Below are positions 13,716 to 25,380 of a DNA stretch of 64,000 bases, one piece after another. Source of the stretch: Octopus sinensis (taxonomy: Eukaryota); assembly GCF_006345805.1 (NCBI RefSeq), contig NC_043008.1:65038001-65102000 (forward strand). Direction: 5' to 3'. Every line of letters starts with the position of its first letter. Position 1 is the first letter of the stretch. The position numbers were made by a program, and so were the translations under genes. Under the pieces are notes generated by a model. It had not been told where the DNA came from. It was given only the letters and a program-made list of their open reading frames with translations, and searched no databases.

Positions 13716-13967
13716 GTCTCACGTTTGATCTTTGACTTCTGGCCGAAATCAGATCGCCATGTTGATTCGCTAGCCTCTGCACGCATTTTTTTTCTCTCCT
13801 TGTTTCTCTCCGTGTTTCTTTTCTGTGTATCTTTCTGTTGAAGAGCGTAGGCTCGAAACGTAAAAGACTTGTTTTATTTATATTCCTGAGCGCCATACTA
13901 ATACAATTGTTTGTTTGTATTCCACCTGCCTTCGTCTTTTGTTTATTTTCATAAAGCTTCTCGTTAT
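13716..13967 (+). mobile_element. Penelope-like terminal fragment with hammerhead-like motif
   Basis: ctgttga-a-gagc-gtag-gctc-gaaacgt at 13835-13861; downstream ttcctgagcg shared with the 12220-12430 fragment. Confidence 0.55.
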
Positions 13968-14537
13968 ATATATATACATATAGTTGTATTCAGAGAGAGA
14001 GAGAGAGAAAAGGTGGGAGAGAAAATAGAAAAATATAAGCGTATTAATACATTAAGAAGACGGAAATTATGAATAACTCTTCCTAATACTTTCAAACCTT
14101 TAACCAAACCCAGATATGAGCTGAGATAACTGGATAAAACTTGGAATTTTATTTCTCTTAGATTATTAATTCATCCACCTAGAAATCAACAATGTCTTCA
14201 GAAATCTCATTCAGTTGTTTCAAATAAATGTTAATAGATTCTGGCATACTTAACCTACTGAGTATTTGCCAATCCGGTCAGGTGAACTGTAAAGTTTTCC
14301 ATTTGCTATTGTAGTTGTTGTTTCATTTTTTTTTTGTCTTGTTACTAAAACCAGGTTATTCAGGATAAAACATATATCACCAAATGATCCATCCCTGGTC
14401 ATATCACCTCGTGCTCATGCTGAGATTTTCTCACTGTCTAGGATATTTTTCTTTATGATTTGATCGATGCAATTTTGTTTTCGTTTCTAAACTTTACAGA
14501 CAAATACTTTGTATGCTTACCTATTTCTATTACTCAC

Positions 14538-14602
14538 GTAAGACAAGGATGCCTTTATGTCATTATGTGACAGGCTAAAGATAACAGCACCACCGTACTG
14601 TT
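14538..14602 (-). CDS. Candidate 65-nt exon (QYGGAVIFSLSHNDIKASLSY), product unknown
   Basis: Strong acceptor aattttcctcttcttatatAG and perfect donor GTGAGT; an alternative AG/GTAAGC donor lies 17 nt downstream; single open frame. Confidence 0.25.
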
Positions 14603-15415
14603 CTATATAAGAAGAGGAAAATTTCGACGATGTTGAGTGATAAGCAAAATACGTGTGATTGAAACAAAGACGGGAGTTTTTATAAGTTTTAGTTAATAAG
14701 AGCTGGTCTAGAAACAATGTACAAAACTATTAACAGCTTGTGCTGCCGTTGCGACTGCATAACGCTTTCAGTTGAAAGAAATCTGCTAGGATTCTGAAAT
14801 ACAGAATTTCATGTAAAATTTGCGAAGTAGATGTTAAGAACAGAATGGTTTTAGTAATATCATATCCGTAATCAAATGAATCTTGTAGGAAATTCATACC
14901 TTAAAAAATAATCATAGTCCATGTGCCCTAATAAAACAAAACGTCGAGTTTTCGAAGAATATGTATATGCGAGTGTGCGTTTTTGTGTGTCTGTGTGTGT
15001 GTAGGTACACAAAGTCAAACAGACGGAGATAATTTTATGGTGGTAAACTAACAATTGATTTATCTGGATAGTGTTAATCTACAAGAAAAATAGCAACACT
15101 ACGTCATTTATAATTTCAGAATGAGTGGGATAAACTGTAATAATATTCTGGTTACATTTGGATTTAAAATGTTAAATTCAACTCTAATCGAGTGTCAATG
15201 AGAACTTAAATCAACAAAGATAGAAATTTAAACCAAATGTTATTTCAAGTAAGATTGATAAGCATAAAGGCTATACGCATTGGATATTCTATTCTGCATA
15301 ATACTTTGATTCCGTTTGGTGCTATTCTGTCCTTTGCAAAACATCAAACTTCATCTGCTGGTTAGAATCCATAACGGAGATTTAATAACCTGCGGAGGAT
15401 TGAGATGTCACATAC

Positions 15416-15508
15416 TCCCCGCCTCTCACAGATCATCTCTAGCTCAGACTGAGTGACCCTCTGAAGAGCTTTAGTTAATGGTTTGGTAAGCAAACGGTAA
15501 CACTGTTT
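15416..15508 (-). CDS. Candidate 93-nt exon (KQCYRLLTKPLTKALQRVTQSELEMICERRG), product unknown
   Basis: Acceptor ctctctacgacgtatttacgccttAG and donor GTATGT; phase 0/0 open frame. Could equally be a decayed TE fragment. Confidence 0.15.
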
Positions 15509-16580
15509 CTAAGGCGTAAATACGTCGTAGAGAGATGCGCCATCCCTTGAAATCTGTCCCACATGCTTTGTTACCATATGGAAATTTTCTCCTGTCTAAA
15601 GGTTATATAAATCTCTTTGCCCATGGGGAAGCTCAAGAGGATAGTAAATTAAACTATAATAAAAAGGGGGAAATCACGGGATAAGAAAAGGGATAAAAAC
15701 TTCCAGATGTTTTCCGAAAAACTCACGAATATTCAGACTTTTACATCAACGTTCAAGAACAACATGAACAACGCCCGTAAGGCAAGGGGCTTGCAGGGAG
15801 AAGTGTGTGTGTGTGTTTGTTTGTGCATGTGAGTGTGTGCGTGTGTGTGTCTGCGTGAGCGTGTGTATACGTATATAGACACACACATACATATACACAC
15901 AAACACACACACACACACACACACCACCACCACCACCAAGTACCATAATAAACACATTGTACCGAACACGAGGGAATGCAACTCTCGAAGCGAGCCTTTA
16001 AAAAAAAGATTCAGCCGCAAATTATATGATTTTATAATTAGTGCGCTCTTTTGCTCTCGACACATTCAAATGATGTAATTGTAATCTGTCCGTTGTTCAG
16101 ACAAAACCTTTGGCTCATTCTCTGTCACACAATCATTGAGATTGTTGATGTTATAGGACGTCTCCCTTAAAATTTCTTAGTCTGTTCTGTGTTGTTTTTT
16201 TATTGGATCTGGCAAGCCACACCCCTTCAAAGTTTTTCCTCCAAGCTGAGGACCTAGTATTCAAGATGAAGTAGAGCTTCATTCTTGATGTTCTCAGTCA
16301 ACTAGATTTCGAGACCTTGGTATGGCCCAAGTTTCTATTGAGCAAGCATCTAGAAATATGCGGAAAAGCAAAGCTGAAAATCTTTTCCTTTTACAAATGT
16401 TCATGAGATGACCCAAAATTCAAAAAAACAATGGAGCCAAACTTCATCAAAAAGTTCTCTCCAAAATTAAATGTTTGAAAGAGAAGCAGAGAAACTACAT
16501 TTTTAGTATTATTATTATTTTTTTAATAGTAATAATGATGGATGAAGGGAAAACATTTATATTACACTATTACTGTTGTA

Positions 16581-16813
16581 ATAGGATCGCGGTTTCGATT
16601 CCCAGACCGGGCGTTGTGTGTGTTTATTGAGCGAAAACACATAAAAGCACTGCGAGGCTCCGGTACATCTCTGCTGTACTCTTTCACCACTCTTTCTTCT
16701 GTTGGCCTGCTCGCTTAGCCAGCGGGATGGCGTCGTTCGAAGGCCAAAACAATGCGAACGCATTGTGACCAGCGATGTGTAGCAACATCTGATGGTCTGG
16801 TCGGTCACGTGAT

Positions 16814-16820
<7 letters not shown>
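16581..16820 (+). mobile_element. 5'-truncated tRNA-derived SINE (family 3 head with an alternative 3' tail)
   Basis: gcggtttcgattcccagaccgggcgttgtg..tgtttattgagcgaaaacac matches the 47015 copy; the tail differs, ending ...gatggtctggtcggtcacgtgatcacgtga. Confidence 0.8.
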
Positions 16821-16855
<35 letters not shown>

Positions 16856-17971
16856 CATTGCGATTTTGACAGCTGTTGTTCTTATAGTATTTACGTATAC
16901 CTGAGAAAGAATACTAGAACCATTTTACCACTGATTGGAAAAATATCTAATGTAGCTACTTGGCAAAGTAATTCGGTAAAAATATCTCTTTTCAATTATC
17001 TTATACATGCAAGAAAGAAAAAGAAAAGTAAATGTCACAAAAGAATGAAAGATACTCAAATGTATATTTAAGCAGGCCCTGCTTTATTATATAATTTATA
17101 TCCTACAGAGTGGCTTCCAGCTAAATATACAATATACACAAAAAACTCCTTTATGATGTTTGATTACATGTACATACAAAATAGATTGAATTATAAACAT
17201 TACCAAATAATTTTTTTATATTCTGATATTATTTCCTTAATTTGTTAGTATTGTACAAATATTTGATATATTTTTCATGCAAAAGATGGAATTCTATAGA
17301 ATATGGAACTTGACTATACAAATGTAAAAGAATATACATTTTCATAAGACTTTGAAATTATTTTTATTTTTCTGTGATGACCGAACCCCCCACATTATTC
17401 TTAATTTTTCCATTACACTTCCTAAATTTGACAATTTTTAAAGGTCACCAGCCTTGTGAGAAAATGTACTTATTTACAAATATGCTGATAGGTATATAAT
17501 GGGAAGTAAAAAAAGAGAACGGAGAAAGAAAAAGAAAAATGCTTTGTAATGAACTTTCAATGGATTGACCACTTCAAATTGCAAACAAACCAGTCTCTCT
17601 CTCTCTATCTCTATCTATCTGTCTATTTACCTATCTGTCTGTCTCTCTCTCTGTCTATCTACCTAACTATCTGTTTGTCTGTCTATATATCGATGTATCT
17701 TTCTATATATCCATTCTTTCCATATCCTTTATTACTTTTCTCCTTTTCCAGAAAAATAAAAACAATATTCTCATTTTCTAAACAAAGCCAAAAAATATCC
17801 AATTCAAATAAATGGACAGCGGAACGTTGTTTTGTTTTACCATTTTGAATGTGATTTGGTCTTGACGAGTTCGATAATCGAACGTAAGCGCTAATAAAGA
17901 ATTATCCAAAATTCTGACTGCCACTCTCTCTCAATACATATACACGTATATGTGAATATATATATATATAT

Positions 17972-18008
<37 letters not shown>

Positions 18009-18410
18009 AGGTGTGTGTGTGTGTGTGTGTGTGTGTGCATGTGTGTGTGTGCATGTGTGTGTGCATGTGTGTGTGTGTACACATACATATTTATATACAT
18101 ACACACGCACATACACATATACAAGCATATACCCATGCATATAAGCATATAAGCAAACTGATATGATAAAAGCATAATTAGTAGGTTCTTAACCAAAGCC
18201 TACAACATAATAGGTGTGAATATAATAGATAATGAAAATGTTAATATAAAATGACATGTTGAATATAAAGGCAAATCTAAAATCAGGATACAATAGATAT
18301 ACGAATGGGAGAAAATAAGAGAAGAGGAACTTCATGAGTAGCGTCATACATAATATATGCAATTATATTACACATAATCACAATAAGAACGATGACTATA
18401 TAACGAATTA

Positions 18411-18578
18411 AGGAATTTACATTATTTACATTATTTACATCAGACGGATATTTGTTCTCATCTTGATTGTTGTTAGCACAACGTTTCGGCTGATATATCC
18501 TCCAGGCTTCTTCAGGTGTCTTGGGGAAATTTCGAGCTTGGGTTCTCATTCCTAAGGTATTTTTCGATGTTATTATAA

Positions 18579-18624
<46 letters not shown>

Positions 18625-18632
18625 CATTATTA

Positions 18633-18694
<62 letters not shown>

Positions 18695-18744
18695 ATTGTT
18701 AGTGTTCTGGTCACTGGTTTGAATTGAACTCGCAATCTTAGGGT
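18411..18744 (-). mobile_element. tRNA-headed element with (AAT)n linker and Penelope-type hammerhead tail (left arm of fold-back)
   Basis: Minus strand: B-box gagttcaattc, then (AAC)n(AAT)n, then catcgaaaaataccttaggaatgagaaccc...ctgaagaagcctggaggatatatcagccgaaacgttg. Confidence 0.75.
18443..18520 (-). ncRNA. Minimal hammerhead-ribozyme-like motif
   Basis: Core CUGAAGA (18515-18509); helix II gcctg/cagcc with one mismatch; GAAA (18487-18484); GAAACG can pair with CGUC at 18446-18443 as a short helix III with a GUC site. Helix I is not evident by eye. Confidence 0.45.
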
Positions 18745-18813
18745 AGTGGTGAAGAGCGCGGGCTGCTAACCCCAAGATTCCGAGGTTGATTCGAAGCAGT
18801 AACCTGAACACTG

Positions 18814-18891
<78 letters not shown>

Positions 18892-19060
18892 TAATAATGA
18901 TAATAATAACATCGCAAAATACCTTAGGAATGAGAACCCAGGGTCGAGCGTATATCAGCTGAAACGTTGTGTTAACAACAAACAAGAAGAGAAGAAATAT
19001 TTATCAATTGTACATAATGTAAATAATGTACATAATTCCTCATCTTTTAAATATAGAACT
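18744..19060 (+). mobile_element. tRNA-headed element with (AAT)n linker and Penelope-type tail (right arm; hammerhead 5' core deleted)
   Basis: tagtggtgaagagcgcgggctgctaaccccaagattccgaggttgattcg (partial A box, anticodon-like loop CTGCTAA, degenerate B box), then (AAT)n, then the same tail as the left arm but lacking about 30 nt including ctgaaga. Confidence 0.75.
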
Positions 19061-19109
19061 GAATTAAGGAATTGTTGATCAAAAGATGTATTTATGCGGT
19101 AATATTCAT

Positions 19110-19325
19110 GTGAGCTGACAGAATCGTTAGCACGACGAGCTAAATGATTAACGGTATTTCGTCTGTCTTTTCGTTCTGAGTTCAAATTCCGCCGATGTCG
19201 ACTTGGCCTTTCATCCTTTCGGGGTCAATTAAATAAGTACTAGTTACACACTGGAGTCGATGTAATCGACTTAATCCCTTTGTTTGTCCCCTCTATGTTT
19301 AGCCCCTTATAGGCAATAAAGAGAT
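19110..19325 (+). mobile_element. tRNA-derived SINE family 2 (central domain resembling the Nin domain)
   Basis: gagttcaaattccgccgatgtcgacttggcctttcatcctttcggggtc... with tail gtcccctctatgtttagccccttataggcaataaag; homologous to 47740 and 49661. Confidence 0.85.
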
Positions 19326-20042
19326 TAATATTAAATATTAATTTACAGGTTTGGGTTAGTCAAAAGTACGCCTAATATTATGTAAGGATTTTAGTTTCAT
19401 ATCTTGTGATTTATTAAACAATTTAATTGAATATTTTGATGTCTCATACAATTCTTCAAAACAAAGGATACAGCCGTACTGCTATTTAAATAAGACGATG
19501 CTTCTTTAATGATATGCCAGGGAATTTCAAGTCGAACTTCTTTATTCCTTAGTTGCCATACATTTTCCATCAAATATGTAACACTACCTTTATTGAAATT
19601 TTCAAAGGAAGAAAGCTGGTTACGTAATCTGAACTTAAATATAGAGCAGCTTCAGTCTATATGAGGAAAGGTGTTTTAATCAGTTATTACAATGCACTTA
19701 TAAACTACATTCGATCAACCAACCAAACTGGTTAAAAAGGATAAACAACCTTGTGTCAAACATTCATTAATATTATATCGCCTGAAGAAATTAATCCATG
19801 AAGATGATCTACCCAATGCCCACGGATACTAGGAACTACACTGTAATTATCCCATGAATACGGACTACGATCTCAAGAGATATGTGACAATTGGAAACGC
19901 GCATAGCGATGCAGTGAATGTTTATAAATTCCATCCAAGGATCATTGTTATTATTAATATATTTATCCTACATTACAGATAGATAGACAAAGAGACAGAA
20001 AAACAGACAGATAGATAGGTAAATAGATAGATAGGTAGGTAG

Positions 20043-20156
<114 letters not shown>

Positions 20157-20173
20157 CATACATACATACATCA

Positions 20174-20204
<31 letters not shown>

Positions 20205-20215
20205 TATATATATAT

Positions 20216-20255
<40 letters not shown>

Positions 20256-20782
20256 ATAGACAGACATACAGACAGACAGACATTGACAGATGTGCACACA
20301 TATATACACACATAAATTTACATAATTCCACACATGTATATATTCATTGTATTCTAAACTATTTCGCTTCTGGTGAATAAAAAAAAGCATATAAGGGGCT
20401 AAAACGACGCTGATACTAGAAATGTTAAATGTTCTTATTGGCAATTAATACAACTTTTATGTGAAATTGGGCTGTGTTTGCTCACAGCCAAAACAGAGAC
20501 GGTCTCAATAGGGAAGTAAATAACAGTTAATCCATTGTGCCGTTGGTTATTATTCTAGAATGATTTGAAGAACAGTTTATACAATACCATCGCTGTCAAC
20601 GTCAACACGAACACCAGCAAACACACACACCATCGTTATGATCATCATGAAGAACAACAGTAGTATTTTAACAATTGCAAGATAACGAAAGAATCTCTAC
20701 TTGTTTGAACACTGATTGTGTTAGAAATAGCAGTTTGCATTTCTTTGAAATTAAATCCGACAAACTTTATTATGCAGGATAG

Positions 20783-21030
20783 ATTTCTTTATTGGCCACG
20801 CAGGGCTGAACACAGAAGGGGCAAAATACAATGTAGAGTTTTTCTTTTGGGGAAGAAGTGAAGAAAAAACGAGGGTCGAATTCTGATCAAAAGGGATCAT
20901 GAAAAATAAAAAGGCGGGGACGAACAATAGGGATCGTGTATCACAGAAATGTCAATGTAAAAAGGGAAAACAGATTAGGTTTGTCCGTGGATAGAAAAGC
21001 CTACGGAAAAGACCACAGTAACCTTGGGCA
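20783..21030 (-). mobile_element. Putative LINE 3' end sharing its tail with SINE family 2
   Basis: Minus strand ends ttgccccttctgtgttcagccctgcgtggccaataaagaaat, similar to the family 2 tail, but the upstream sequence is not SINE body. Confidence 0.45.
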
Positions 21031-21865
21031 ATAGTGTCATGCAAAAAGAAAACACATTTCAATAAGGGGCTCTCTTTTTTCCTTTGTTTCTTTTTAGGAT
21101 GGCAATCTTTCGATATCGTCAATATAATCAACATCATTTTGATCGTCACGTTCTCGTTGCTGTAGTTTGGAGATGGGGGAAATCTTTTTCTATATTAGCA
21201 AGCCGGTTTAAAGTTACCTGCCATCTAATAACGCAGCGCTGCAAACAAAATGCTATATCACAAAATCTGTTTTTATATATATAATTATGATAGATCCTAA
21301 CTTAAATGATCCTAACAAAATATAAAAAGGCAGAGTTCCGAATTAGTTCCATCAAGTGACAAACATTTTTTTAGATCTCTACACTTTAAATGCAACTGTG
21401 ATTTGTTTTTTTCTTTATTTTTATTTTTAGAGAATTAATAACAAAGTGTATTTAAAGGAACATACTCTTTCTTGAATACAAAATTATTTGCAGATACGCT
21501 AAAGTAAGATATATTTCAGTAATAATGATATTTGTTCAACTAATTCTTATATTTGCTTTAGGAAAGTGTAAGTATACGTATATGCATACACACACAGACA
21601 TAACCAAAATTATAGAATGAGGCGGGGTTAGATAAAAATCCAGGCTACATATGATTTATACCTAGCAGAACCTCGGAAGTAATAATTATCCAAACGAGGG
21701 ACAATCTGCTAGCTACTCGTCGGACCAAAGATACGAGAAAAATGCACAACTTTCTACTTCAATAAACCACCATTGTTCCTGAAAGTTATTTGTATTCCTT
21801 CTACAGACTGCTCGAAGATTACAATCATCTTACCCCTTGACCCTTGGATCTTACCTTTACATACG

Positions 21866-21910
<45 letters not shown>

Positions 21911-21914
21911 ATAT

Positions 21915-21958
<44 letters not shown>

Positions 21959-22221
21959 ATATATATAGGGTAGCGAATATTCGTTAGAAATATCACCAAT
22001 CAGTGGCCTAGAATGTATAAATAACGACTCATAGATAGAGTTACATTCATAGCACTAGTCCGAATCAGTTAAGTTTGCAATGAGGTAAGCACGAAGCACT
22101 CGGCCCTTGATCAGTTTGTTACTTCTGACAATTAAAAATATATAATAACGTATGCGTATGGCGTATGTGTGCGTAATTGTGTGTCCACGCGCGTATATGT
22201 GTATGTGTGTTTATATATATG

Positions 22222-22266
<45 letters not shown>

Positions 22267-22373
22267 GTGTGTATGTGTGTGTCTATATATATACATATAT
22301 ATATATATATACATATACATATTTATATACGTATAAATATGTATGGACGCGTATGTGTATATATGTATGTATA

Positions 22374-22413
<40 letters not shown>

Positions 22414-22933
22414 TAATATACATATATATATATATGTATATGTATATTTATATATATATAGTGAAATTGAGATGGATACATACAGATATACTTAGATAAA
22501 TGTAGAGATGTGTAATACATATAAAACAGTGTGTCTTTGTAGTTCCACCAAACGAAGTAATTTCCAAGATAAATCAAAAGACACAGATTGCTCTCCATTG
22601 AAGTATAGAACATATAATTCGTGAGAACATTATCTTTGTAAAATAAATTGCGACGCTGAAATAGCCCCCTACCAACATTGTTTCATTGTTTCAACTTAAT
22701 ACTTTAGCTTTTTTTTTCTTTTCAAGTTTCACTTATATCAACGTACTTCTGTTTTGAACATTGTTACTTTTGTTGTCAATGCTATTGTATATTAGGAATT
22801 ATTTTTACTACTTATCTCTTTTTTGTTAGGTTTTTGTTGTGATTGCATTTTTCTTTCATTCTGAACGGTTATAATCGTTCTAGTTATTGAAATTCTGTCT
22901 TAGATCCTGTTAATAGTACAGTGCTTAATGGCG

Positions 22934-23016
<83 letters not shown>

Positions 23017-23593
23017 TATATATAGATGTATATGTATATATATATCGATATATAATGTATATAAAAATATATAATAAAAGATGCATTTCAACCCATTTGA
23101 AGCTTTGATGTTTTTTTAACGTCTTATTAATGCCCAAATCCCACGCACACTAACAGACACAAACACAAATAGAGGCACACACGAATATACACACATCATA
23201 AGATAAAGTATAAACAAAAAGCAAACGGAATGAAAAACAAAAATCAAGTGGGAACAACAACTGTAACAACAACTAGAACCAAAATAACAACTATTCCAAG
23301 CAGCCTATAAAAATAACACAACATAATATTATTATCATTACACACAAATGCATACGTCAGGAAAAGAAATATAGGCGTCACATCTACTTGATATGACTTC
23401 CTTCGCCATAGCTTATTACGAAAATGCAAAGCAATTAGCAAATAGGTGAAGGAAAATATTTTATTCTTGATTTTGCTCTTATGATTTAATGCTTGCTTGT
23501 CACTTCTTTACGTTTGCATTCATTTATTCATTTATTTATTCTTATGTTTATCATAGCTGAAAACAAGTTACTGTTTTATCCCCCACCACCGCG

Positions 23594-23624
<31 letters not shown>

Positions 23625-23920
23625 TCTGGTAATGATACGAAATGAAAGGACAGTATGGGAATAGCGAACGATTAATGAAACATTATTTGTGTGTATACGT
23701 GTACGCCTGTGTGTCTATGGATGCGTATATGCCTTCATGTGTGTGCAGGTGTGAGTGTATGTGTGTGTGCGTGTGTGTGTGCGTATGCGTGTGTGTCTGT
23801 GTCTGTAGCAGGTTTGCCATCGATAAACATTAAAAGTACGTTTATGGTTTAGCCTGAAATCTTGATACTCTTTCTCTCCGAACAACACAGTCTAATATAT
23901 GTATATATATATATATATAT

Positions 23921-24910
23921 ATACTAAGCAATAAGGGTTTAGCAACGAATTGCCTTACCACATACCGAATTTAGAAATAGCAGCCAAAGGGTTATAGCTA
24001 TTTCTTCTACTAAAAAGGGGAATCTCAGTAAAAACAGCATTTGGAAGGCAGACACCAAAACAGGTAAGAGAGAATGAATTGACTGCAATCTATCATACAT
24101 TTTTTAGTTATCCACGGACGTACGTTTCGAAATCAAGTTTTAGGAAAGCATAAGAATTACATATTAAATATTAAATAATTCTATCTTACCGAACTTCTTT
24201 TCTCTTCAGCGTAGAATACTATAATCATAAATGATTATATTGAATTTGAGATACCAGAAGGCACCAACTCAACTCAGTATCAGAGCGAGCTAGAATCCGC
24301 AACTGCATCACCGAATTCATTTGTGATGAAACGATTGTGTCAACATCCCCTTCCCACCCCGTGTAGCCAAAACAAGATGCTGTGGTCATCTACTGAGATA
24401 AAATATGGTTATCCGTAATAATGAAGGGTGAAATTAATTAATTTGGAAAAATTATCAATTACACCAAGTAGTCTTCGGCATGTAAAAGCCTCATTCGAGG
24501 AAAATTTAAGTAATACTAAGCAATAAGGTTTAGCAACGAATTGCCTCACATACCGAATTTAGAAATAGCAGCCAAAGGGTTATAGCTATTTCTTCTACTA
24601 AAAAGGGAGATCTCAGTAAAAACAGCATTTGGAAGGCAGACACAAACAGGTAAGAGAGATGAATTGACTGCAATCTATCATACATTTTTTAGTATCCACG
24701 ACGTACTTTCGAAATCAAGTTTTTAGAAAGCATAAGAATTAAATATTAAATATTAAATAATTCTATCTTACCGAAAATTCTTTTCTCTTCAGTAGAATAC
24801 TTAATCATAAATGATTATATATTGAATTTTGAGGCTTTTACATGCCGAAGACTATTGGTGTAATTGATAATTTTTCCAAATTAATTATTTCACCCTTCAT
24901 TATTACGGAT
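23921..24910. repeat. Complex local rearrangement A-B-C-A'-inverted C
   Basis: A 23921-24250 is repeated at 24513-24832; C 24411-24493 is inverted at 24830-24910; bounded by (TA)n. Confidence 0.9.
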
Positions 24911-25329
24911 TATATATATATATATATATTATATATATTATATATAATATCTTATATATATTATATACTACATATATATATATACATATATACCTATAAT
25001 ATGCTCATATATATATTATATATACTCCTATATACTTATAAATAGGCTCATATATACACTTACACAGATACGTTACACATATATGCATGCCTTATTTGTA
25101 TGTGTATATATATATGTGGTTGTGTGTTTGTACATGTGTGCCAGTGTGTTATGTTATTTCACAATTTTCATCCATTGAACTGCAGCCTTGTACACATACA
25201 AGTTATTTCATTAATAAGAGTCAAACTCTGTACGCGTTTAAATGCTCATTATAGCAATCCGTGCATATGGAAATATTTAACTTTGTCTAGGTAACAACTT
25301 GCGTCAAAGTGGGACAGGTATAAATTTGA

Positions 25330-25378
<49 letters not shown>

Positions 25379-25380
<2 letters not shown>

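Noticed and set aside
21098-21165. Transmembrane-like exon (WQSFDIVNIINIILIVTFSLL) after a strong acceptor
   Set aside because: An in-frame TAG follows, and the only donor (GTAGTT) is poor; no homology recognised.
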